A DNA stretch of 55,340 nt from a virus (Duplodnaviria > Caudoviricetes). Positions within the stretch are counted from its first letter, which is position 1, and every line of letters starts with the position of its first letter. The DNA is taken from the IMG/VR virus record IMGVR_UViG_3300036852_000116, positions 1-55,340 of that record; one strand, given 5' to 3'. The position numbers were made by a program, and so were the translations under genes. Below, one piece after another: positions 47,690 to 55,340 of the stretch. The notes below the pieces were generated by a model. That model worked only from the letters and a program-made list of their open reading frames with translations. It did not search any database and was not told where the DNA came from.

Positions 47690-49602
47690 TGAACAGAGTT
47701 CAAGAAGCTGTTGCAGAGTTCTTAGGGATCGATCAAGTTATCGAGAACGAACGCCAGAGCTTTGCAACAGAAAGAACTGAGATCCAAACTGAGTTAGCGG
47801 AGACTCAGCGAGGTTATGAGGCCGTCGTAAATGAACAGCGCATGCTTCAGCGTGCTCTTGAGGATTTGGATTACCTCAATCTGTTCGATACGACGAAGAT
47901 GCACGAAATCCTACCTAATGCGAATAACAAGAACACAATTCTTCGACTTCGTAGGTTGCGGCATGATAATCCTCTCGCCAAGCAGGGTATCAGGCTTATT
48001 GTTAGATTCACTCTGGGTAAAGGCATCACCTGGATCTGTAAGAATGATCAGATCCGTGAAACCCTGATGGATTTCTGGACTGATGAAGATAATAAGGTGA
48101 TCCTTACCAGTCCTGAAGCTATGAAGGAGTTTGTAGATGAGGCGGCGACAGACGGCGAGAAGTTCCTTGCATGTTTCGAGGCGCCTCAAGCAAAGCCTTA
48201 TCTCAAACTGGCCGAAGTGCCGATGGAGGAGATTGCTGACATCGTCTACGATCCCGACAATCGACGAGTTCCCGTCTGGTACAAGCGGAAGTTCAAAGAA
48301 CTCGTCTACAACGGAAAAGATGAGCGATATGAACCCAAGCAAAGTAAGGGTAGGAAAGATAAGGTTCTATTCTATCAGGATTACCGAGTCACAGAAGAGC
48401 GGTTAAAGGAAGTCTCAGATCGAGTAAAGATTCCAGAAGAGAAGATTGCCAAGTCCGAAGGCAAGGTCATCAAGATGATGCACGTTTACGTGAATCCTCT
48501 GTGGACTAAGAACGGACGACGAGGCATTAGCGAACTTTTCGCGTCGCGCGAATGGTTCCGCGTCTTCAAGGAGTTCATGCAAGACAGGGCCATCATCAAC
48601 CGTGCGGCGACTTCTATCGCCTACCGACGGAAGGTGAAGGGTGGACCTGCTGCTGTAGCCCAGCTCACTGGCAAGCTCGGTGGGATTCCCGTAGGACAGA
48701 CCGATCGGGAGCTTGGTGATATTGGAACTCTGACACGTCCTGTAGCTGGTGGGATTTATGATTCCAATGATCCAGTAGACCTCGACTGGATGAAGACTGA
48801 TACCGGAGCTGCCAACGCCAAGGAAGATGGTCGTATGCTTCTGATGGTGGGTGGTGCTGGTATCGGAACCAATATCCACTACTTTGGAGAGGGTGGAGAT
48901 GCTAACCTCGCAACTGCTCAGGCCATGGAACTCCCGATGGTCAAGAACTACGAAGACTGGCAGATCTGGCTTGCAGCTTTCCTCATGGCTGTCATGGAGT
49001 ACGTTCTACGTCTGGCATACGGGGATAGCATTCCATTCGAGGAAAGAACCACAGAAGCTGTTGGAGATACGCTCTCCCAAGTCGCTCCGGGCACGGCTGA
49101 CATCAAGCTCCGACCCGGAGATAAGAACGGGAAACCAGCTAAACTCGAGATCAAGGAACCGCGGAAGACCACAATCGAAGACGTAGTGAGTTGGGACTTC
49201 CCGCCAATCATCACCAAGGACGTTGTGAAGCACATGACGGCCTGGGCACAGCTCACTAACCAAGTTGCTCCTGGCGACATCATCGTCAAGGAAGAGGCAA
49301 TTAAGGGAGCTCTTACTGTTCTGGGTGTTCCTAATGTTGATCAGCTTATGGATCGTATTAAGTTCGAGGAAGAGAGACTTCAAATCGAACGAGATGCCAT
49401 GCGGCAAGCAACAATGGACAATCTTGCTAATGGCGGGCCGGGTCCAGACATAGGTAGCAACGGTAAAGATAAGGCCAATGTTCCGGGTTGGGTGAATGCC
49501 GGCTCTGGTGCTGATGCTAATACCAAAAGATTGGCGAAGGGGAAGCCAGAGGGGGCGAAGGTAGGGAGAGTATCTGCGGATAAGCGACCTGGGAGGAGTT
49601 AA
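47689..49602 (+). CDS. Portal protein
   Basis: Follows TerL; NPLAKQ, DGE, RGISEL, ANLATA motifs. Confidence 0.85.
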   Translation: MNRVQEAVAEFLGIDQVIENERQSFATERTEIQTELAETQRGYEAVVNEQRMLQRALEDLDYLNLFDTTKMHEILPNANNKNTILRLRRLRHDNPLAKQGIRLIVRFTLGKGITWICKNDQIRETLMDFWTDEDNKVILTSPEAMKEFVDEAATDGEKFLACFEAPQAKPYLKLAEVPMEEIADIVYDPDNRRVPVWYKRKFKELVYNGKDERYEPKQSKGRKDKVLFYQDYRVTEERLKEVSDRVKIPEEKIAKSEGKVIKMMHVYVNPLWTKNGRRGISELFASREWFRVFKEFMQDRAIINRAATSIAYRRKVKGGPAAVAQLTGKLGGIPVGQTDRELGDIGTLTRPVAGGIYDSNDPVDLDWMKTDTGAANAKEDGRMLLMVGGAGIGTNIHYFGEGGDANLATAQAMELPMVKNYEDWQIWLAAFLMAVMEYVLRLAYGDSIPFEERTTEAVGDTLSQVAPGTADIKLRPGDKNGKPAKLEIKEPRKTTIEDVVSWDFPPIITKDVVKHMTAWAQLTNQVAPGDIIVKEEAIKGALTVLGVPNVDQLMDRIKFEEERLQIERDAMRQATMDNLANGGPGPDIGSNGKDKANVPGWVNAGSGADANTKRLAKGKPEGAKVGRVSADKRPGRS

Positions 49603-49627
49603 TGGAGCTTGAGGGAGCTCTGGGCTA

Positions 49628-50893
49628 ATGGACTTCAAGACGATCGTCGAGGCCGTTTCAGCTCTCGGCGTACTCGGCTTCGCTCTAGTGGCGGTGTACG
49701 CTCTCGGTACTCGCAAGCTAGTCACTATTGGTGAACTCCGGGAAGCTCAGGAGGTCATCGTCTACGAACGTGCGCAGAAGGAAAAAGCTCAGGATCTAGC
49801 TCGTGACTCGATTGCCGAAGGCAAGAGGCTGGCGGACGCGGCCGAGGAGAACAACCGACTCCATGAAGCGTTGCTGCAGATAGAGCGCGAGAGGAAGGCG
49901 ATGCCATGAAGTGGATCGAGAACCTTTTGTTCCCCGGTCGACGGCATGGCTTCAACGGAGAGGATCGAGCTAAGGACGCGCGGGCGCTCAACGAGTTGAG
50001 GGTTGCAGCCGGTGAACTACGCACCGCCCAGAAGAACGTCCGGCGTCGAACGAAGCGGCTCTTCGAGGAGTACGACGAGGCGGCTAAGCAACTGCGAATG
50101 ATGCGCGGAGGGAAGCCCTGATGCCATTTCCTAATCTCTTGGCATGGGTTGTTCTGGTGGCAGTGCCGCTCAATCTAGTTTCTGTGCTGATACTAGTGCT
50201 TGGTACTCGGCAGAATCCTAAGAACAGGGTCCTGCGCCACGATGCGATTACTGCGGTGGTGGTGCTTCTGCAAGTGATCGTATTTGGGCTGATCTTCGTA
50301 AACAACGATACTGTGCCACCGCCACTCCCAACCGAGTGGACCAAACTCATCACTCGGCTGACCCTAGCCGTCCTAGCCTATGTACCAGCTCTGCTGTTCA
50401 TCGGGTGGTATCTGTTCAACGGCCATGATGAACCATGAGCGAGGTGCTAGTAGTCCGCGCTCTGGTAGGGCTGGCCGCGTTGATTATCGTCTCGACCGCT
50501 GTCTCATTGACCATCCCCGAGGAGGTACCGCCATCTCACGTTCCACAAACGCAAGTTCCAACAGTGGTAGAACCCTCGCAGAGGCCACCATCACCACTAC
50601 CAGTGCCAAGTCCAAGCCCAGGCCCAAGCCCATCAAGCTCACTGATGCCGAGTGGAACTCCTTCGCCCGAGCCGTCCAGGGTGATCTTTACAACTCCCAT
50701 CGACCCCACTGCATCACCTGTGCCTGTTTTGCCGCTCCCAACTCTACTGATCCCGACACCCGTTCCAACACTAACGCCGACAATTCTGCCCATTCCTAGC
50801 CTCGCTCCACTGCCAACTCTCTTACCCTGTCCACTGCCCTGTGGGGTAGCCGTTCCAAAACAGTGTTTACCAATTCAGCCGCCATGCCCGTGA
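49628..50893 (+). other. Membrane-gene cluster (49628-49909, 49906-50121, 50121-50438, Pro-rich 50435-50893)
   Basis: Coupled ORFs: one TM plus coiled coil; a basic protein; three TM helices; signal anchor plus Pro/Thr/Ser stalk. Confidence 0.65.
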
Positions 50894-50899
50894 GAATCG

Positions 50900-51109
50900 A
50901 TGAAGAACCGCAGGCATATGCCCGAATCAGTTAATCGAACATGTGCTGATCTAATTAGCAACAACGGAACTGGTACTAGGAGCTCTAAAACTCGTATTGA
51001 GCAACCTTGTGGAATGGATGCATCTGGTTATTGTATGGATTGCTCTCAGTACGTATGTTCTACTCATGAAGTAGCTAATCATAGTCTACATCGAGTGGCT
51101 CGACGATAG
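50900..51109 (+). CDS. Small Zn-finger (B-box-like) protein
   Basis: CMDC...CSTH...HSLH. Confidence 0.5.
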   Translation: MKNRRHMPESVNRTCADLISNNGTGTRSSKTRIEQPCGMDASGYCMDCSQYVCSTHEVANHSLHRVARR

Positions 51110-51117
51110 GAGAGTAG

Positions 51118-51219
51118 ATGCCTTACAAAAGTAAGAAACAAAGAGCTTGGATGCACAAGAACAAACCTAAGCTAGCTAAGAAATGGGATAAGAAATATGG
51201 AGGAAAGATTAAGAAGTGA
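51118..51219 (+). CDS. 33 aa basic peptide (not in ORF track)
   Basis: MPYKSKKQRAWMHKNKPKLAKKWDKKYGGKIKK with AGGAG RBS. Confidence 0.6.
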   Translation: MPYKSKKQRAWMHKNKPKLAKKWDKKYGGKIKK

Positions 51220-51353
51220 ATGTTAGAACACTTCTAGTAGTGCTTGCTTTGCTCTTGGCAGTAGCTTCATTCGTAGTAACGGGTTATCCACTTATTGCTG
51301 TGGCTGTGATTCTTCTTTGTATTGCGGCTCTTGTGGGTGCTGGTGATCTATGA
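51216..51353 (+). CDS. 45 aa two-TM peptide (not in ORF track)
   Basis: MNVRTLLVVLALLLAV...; GTGA and ATGA coupling. Confidence 0.55.
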   Translation: MNVRTLLVVLALLLAVASFVVTGYPLIAVAVILLCIAALVGAGDL

Positions 51354-52063
51354 CCTTCCGCCCTCCTATCATCGAGGTAGAGGGAGAGATTTTCCTAACT
51401 CCTGTATCTGATCACTTCGGAATAGTGGACGATAACTTCATTCGTACCACATTCCGGAATAGAGCACGGATGCTCGCTGGAAATCTTGCTCACCTCATTA
51501 GTTCATTGCAAGATGGGAATATCCAACAGAGAGCATTCGTTCGTCAATCGATGAGGGCACTTCAGCAAGCGTACTATGTTGTATTCTCGCTGGGTGCCCT
51601 CTCGGTTGACTCTTTCCACGTAATCACCGTTCGAGATACAGAGGTACTAGATGCAGAACTCTTCGGAGAACGACGATTCTTACAGAGCTTTGCACGGGAC
51701 ATCCGAAGAGATTCACTTGAGCTGGCTCCAGAATCTAGAGCTCGTCTCTACCTCGCAGCGCTTCGCGGTGTCTTTGAACTGGGTCGTGTATCAGCTCTCC
51801 CCGCTGGCCCTTACGATTGGATTCTCGGTGATACTGATCATTGTATTGATTGCTCTTTCGCCGAACTAGGCGGTCCATACAAACGAGATGCTCTGTCACG
51901 AATGTCACTTCCTGTGGTTCCAGGAATTCCAGGGAGTGGGGAGGTTTGCCAAGGATTAACGAGATGTGGTTGTACCTTAAGGTTACGTAACTTCCCACGG
52001 AATGAAGAATTACAGCTTGATCTACGAGATATCTTGAACCAAATCACACTGGAGATTGCATGA
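51350..52063 (+). CDS. Head morphogenesis (Mu gpF-like) protein
   Basis: W...HCIDC and PG...C...CGC motifs; between portal and protease. Confidence 0.65.
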   Translation: MTFRPPIIEVEGEIFLTPVSDHFGIVDDNFIRTTFRNRARMLAGNLAHLISSLQDGNIQQRAFVRQSMRALQQAYYVVFSLGALSVDSFHVITVRDTEVLDAELFGERRFLQSFARDIRRDSLELAPESRARLYLAALRGVFELGRVSALPAGPYDWILGDTDHCIDCSFAELGGPYKRDALSRMSLPVVPGIPGSGEVCQGLTRCGCTLRLRNFPRNEELQLDLRDILNQITLEIA

Positions 52064-53005
52064 CTTACAGCGTTAGTATTCAGGGTCACGGAGATGAACC
52101 TTACGAAGAGAGAGCAGCTGCTGAACGGCGTTTACTTGGTGCTCTAGTGGGAGCATTGGACGAACATGGTGGGAATGTTACAACGTTTAGTTTTAGTGGT
52201 AATGAAGTAAATGCTAGTAGCCTAGATGAGGCACGATCAGCTGCGGAGGCTGCGAATGACGATAGCGGTTGAGCGGCGAAGCAAGTTGCTAGATTTCCTC
52301 GAGGAAACCGGATACTCTGAGAGTGATGTTCTAGCATACAATCCTATTACGGGGAAGGTTCAGACTAAGAACGGTGGGCTCTATGAATTCACTGCCGATG
52401 GTGAGATAGAGCACTATTCTGGTCCGTCGCCCGATCCCACAGAACGAGACTAGGAGAACCAAATGGCTGAGAATGAGTCTGCAACCGCAACTGAGGCACG
52501 TCCTCGTCGAGGAGCAACTGCTCCATCGACTAGTGATACAGCCGCTAGCTCTGATGATGGTGGGGGTTTCGATCGAGCGATTACTCGAACGGACAATCTG
52601 GGTGTTGCCGAGCCCACTAGAGTTCGTAGGGAAGGCAAGTCTGGTGGAGAGATTCCGGACATCTTCACTAAGCTTACTAAGGCACTTCACCTTAAGTCTA
52701 GCGATATCCTTTCTTACAACGAGCGCACTCGGGTTATTGTTTATTCGAATGGAGCGAAGTATCAGGTTAGCCGGAATGGTAAAGGACTTCGTCATCACTC
52801 GGGTCCACTTCCACCGTCCGACTTGAACCTGGACGTTGAGGATGCTCGACAGCGCTCACCGTCGGTTGGAACGGCCGCACAGATTAACGGCCCTTCTGTG
52901 GTTACGGAAACTGATCCCAATAGCCTCCGCGATGAGAGGGCTGCTCTTCGAGCTCGGATCAAGGAGATCAATTCCGAGCTTAAGGGTGATGAAGACGAGG
53001 AGTAG
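52060..53005 (+). other. Three hypothetical head-module genes (52060-52272; ~52256-52453; 52463-53005)
   Basis: Tandem ORFs; the last two share a SD(V/I)LxYNxxT...NGxxY...HxSGP domain. Confidence 0.6.
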
Positions 53006-53008
53006 TCC

Positions 53009-54154
53009 ATGACTGAACGCCTCGCAGGTCGAGATATCATTCGAGCTACAGAAGCGGCTACGGATGATAATGGAACACAATGGATCACAATTATCAAGGA
53101 GGGTGTTTCAGAGAACAATCGTAGGTACCATAAATCTACTTTGCAGAAGGCTGTTGACGAACGCGTGTATGAGAATATGCGTATGTTCGTAGATCATAGT
53201 GATGGACCTCCTCTCAAGCGTTCGATGCGAGATCTCGTCTCCGCGATTACTACTACCAAGCTCGACACTTCTTTCCCGGATAAGAAGGCGCGCGTGCGTG
53301 GGGCGGTAGAGTGGATTGACGATGACTGGCAAAAGAAGATTGAGAAGGGGAAGGACCACGTTGGTGTTTCTCACGACGCTCTTCTTCGTGGTACTCGTTC
53401 CATGAAGAATGGACGTCGATACGAGGACATCGACGAGATTCCCAGGGTCAATTCTGTGGACTGGGTGATTTATCCTTCCGCAGGTGGAGGTTTTGAGAAC
53501 AGTTTTCTAGCTCAAGAAGGAGTCGACATGAAGGATGCCATCGATTGGGATGCCATCGATGAGGATATGCTGAAGGAGCACAAGCCAGATCTCTATAAGT
53601 CTCTCACTGCTCGTGGTTCAGAAGCCGAAGAGGGCGATGAAGACGAGGAAGAGACTGAGGAAGACGAGGAAGAGACTCCAGCTCAGGAATCCAAGAAGTC
53701 GAAGGGTTCCAAGAAGGTTGTGAAGATCAAGAAGAGCAAGGTTCAGCGACAGGTGGAAGACATTGTCCGACGTTCCTTTGAAGCTGTGGAGCAGGAACGA
53801 CAGACCAAGCAGGAAGTTCACTCCAAGGTCGAGGAACTTGTCAACAAGTCTACTCTTCCCGATCTGACGAAGAAGCGAGTTATTGCTTCATTCGATGGGA
53901 AGGAATCATTCGAAGAGGACCGAGTCAAGGAAGCAATCACTGCTGCTAAGGCAGAAGTTGCTGCTATTGCTGGTCCACGCATCCGCGGCATGGGTCCGTC
54001 GGGTGGAACTACCAAAAGCACCAAGAGCTTCGGTCGAGCCCATGAGGCTGTGGAAAAGGCTTTCGGTCGCGGTCTTCGACCTAAGAAGACTATTGCTGTG
54101 AAGCCCACAGGCAAGAAGGGTGAGGACGAAGACGAAGATGAGGAGGACGACTAG
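53009..54154 (+). CDS. Prohead protease/scaffold fusion
   Basis: GVSENNRRY, FVDH, GVS, SVDWVIYPSAGG; charged helical C-terminus. Confidence 0.8.
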   Translation: MTERLAGRDIIRATEAATDDNGTQWITIIKEGVSENNRRYHKSTLQKAVDERVYENMRMFVDHSDGPPLKRSMRDLVSAITTTKLDTSFPDKKARVRGAVEWIDDDWQKKIEKGKDHVGVSHDALLRGTRSMKNGRRYEDIDEIPRVNSVDWVIYPSAGGGFENSFLAQEGVDMKDAIDWDAIDEDMLKEHKPDLYKSLTARGSEAEEGDEDEEETEEDEEETPAQESKKSKGSKKVVKIKKSKVQRQVEDIVRRSFEAVEQERQTKQEVHSKVEELVNKSTLPDLTKKRVIASFDGKESFEEDRVKEAITAAKAEVAAIAGPRIRGMGPSGGTTKSTKSFGRAHEAVEKAFGRGLRPKKTIAVKPTGKKGEDEDEDEEDD

Positions 54155-54529
54155 ATGGCGCGAAATCTGGTCATCAAGGCTCCTGATGCCTATCGTCTAC
54201 GACTCCAGTTCTCAGTAGATCACCTTGCTGGTGATTTCGTTTGGGAACGCGGATTCTATGGTTGGGTTCAGGACGACATTGATGTTAGCGAGAATGCTTG
54301 GGGCGTTCTCTTCATGGAAGGAGTTTATGAGCTGGCTCGGACTCCGGCTACCATTGCTCAGGGTCTGAAGGTTCATGCTCCAGCAACTGCACAGGCGACC
54401 ACGCTGCCACTGATTGCAGCAGCTACCAATGGACAGGCAACTGCTGGTTGGAATGCTGTCGGGCGCACTACTGCAACTGGTAATGCTACGGTTGGCCGAG
54501 TTCGCCTCTTTGGCGATCAGAACTACTAG
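54155..54529 (+). CDS. Head decoration/capsid cement protein
   Basis: Small beta-rich protein (EGVYEL) between scaffold and capsid genes. Confidence 0.6.
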   Translation: MARNLVIKAPDAYRLRLQFSVDHLAGDFVWERGFYGWVQDDIDVSENAWGVLFMEGVYELARTPATIAQGLKVHAPATAQATTLPLIAAATNGQATAGWNAVGRTTATGNATVGRVRLFGDQNY

Positions 54530-54539
54530 GAGAAGATAG

Positions 54540-55340
54540 ATGGAACATGCTCTCCTTGACAATCCGATGGGCTTCGCGCCCGGTAAGCGCAATCGTCTAT
54601 ACGATGCGTATATCGATGCGAGGGAAGCAGTCGAGAGTGGAGACTTCGAGGAAGATAGCCAGGAAGCGATGTCTGTGTCGGATTTCCCGACATACATCGG
54701 GGTTTTCCTCCGACATCGATTTATTGAGAAGTTTGAAGAGATCCAGGGTGCTTGGCCTCAGTATTCTTTCGAGTTCGACGTTGAGGACTTTGAGGATTAC
54801 GAGTGGAGCACTTGGGGCCGGTTCCCGGACATCCCCGAGCGATCTCCTAACGGTCCATACGAGCAGCTTGCAGTTAAGGAGCTGCCTGGTGGGCTAGTCA
54901 ACATCCGCGAGTTCGGTGCTGGGTTCGCACTTACCCGGCGTCTGATCCTCTCGGATCGTCTGAACAAGATCTCTCAGCTCCCGGATGACTTCGCAGACGC
55001 CCTCGCGCGTACGATGTCGAAGGAAGCGGCGATCAACAAGTTCCAGGCGAATCCGACGATGTGGGACGGCAATGCGCTGTTCTCAGCCGCACACGGTAAT
55101 ATCGGTTCTACAGCTCTGACTGCGAATGAGGCTGGAATGAACGCCCTCATCGCAGCTGAGCAGGCTTTGGATGATCAGGAGGATGACGAGGGTTATCCGA
55201 TTACGATTCCTGGTCGTGAACGAACTCTGATCTACCCGGTCGAGCTGAAATGGATCGTTGGAGTTCTGAACGAGCATGAGCAGATTCCCAATACGGGAAA
55301 TACTCTCATGATCCCCAACCAGGTCCGTGGTCGTTATCAG
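54540..55340 (+). CDS. Major capsid protein, Mu gpT-like (3' truncated; not in ORF track)
   Basis: Open frame MEHALLDNPM...SVSDFP...FGAGFALTRRLILSD...DGNALFSAAHGN. Confidence 0.88.
   Translation, partial: MEHALLDNPMGFAPGKRNRLYDAYIDAREAVESGDFEEDSQEAMSVSDFPTYIGVFLRHRFIEKFEEIQGAWPQYSFEFDVEDFEDYEWSTWGRFPDIPERSPNGPYEQLAVKELPGGLVNIREFGAGFALTRRLILSDRLNKISQLPDDFADALARTMSKEAAINKFQANPTMWDGNALFSAAHGNIGSTALTANEAGMNALIAAEQALDDQEDDEGYPITIPGRERTLIYPVELKWIVGVLNEHEQIPNTGNTLMIPNQVRGRYQ

Larger units (their letters stand above)
1..55340. mobile_element. Tailed dsDNA bacteriophage genome (near-complete, permuted)
   Basis: Terminase, portal, protease/scaffold, capsid, tail, tape measure, lysin, PolA and primase-helicase in phage order; no block of host housekeeping genes. 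Confidence 0.97.

Noticed and set aside
54547-55277. Track ORFs 54547-54897 and 55083-55277
   Set aside because: They overlap the major capsid frame that starts at 54540 and runs off the window
1-55340. Genome-wide stop-codon reassignment
   Set aside because: TAG, TGA and TAA all end genes at tight junctions (e.g. TAG 1723 then ATG 1724) and long genes are intact in the standard code

Overview
Most of a tailed dsDNA phage genome (siphovirus-type, probably lytic; no integrase seen), opened inside the virion module: it starts within a repeat-rich virion gene and ends within the major capsid gene. Layout: neck, tail and lysis genes (1-12.9 kb, +); recombination, replication and nucleotide-metabolism genes (12.9-24.7 kb, -); primase-helicase, ligase and small accessory genes (24.9-34.4 kb, +); a non-coding repeat/hairpin block; an early-type run of small acidic and Zn-finger genes with an orphan RuvB (35-43 kb, +); a GC-rich three-gene island flanked by motif-rich non-coding DNA (43.1-45.1 kb); then terminase, portal and head genes (45-55 kb, +). 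The most notable element is a promoter-delimited operon: dNMP kinase, all-alpha dNTP pyrophosphatase, an unknown gene, two tandem thymidylate-synthase-fold genes (both with Asp at the dCMP-specificity position, one degenerate), dCMP deaminase and a UDG-fused PolA. It suggests a pre-replicative cytosine-modification pathway with unusual chemistry. Also found by hand: a -1 tail-chaperone frameshift, nine near-consensus sigma70 promoters, several candidate structured RNAs and a dispersed GATCCACTGGAAC/CCAGAC motif family. The host is unknown; a Gram-positive-type host such as Actinomycetota or Chloroflexota is only an inference. All protein calls come from motifs read by eye, with no database searches.
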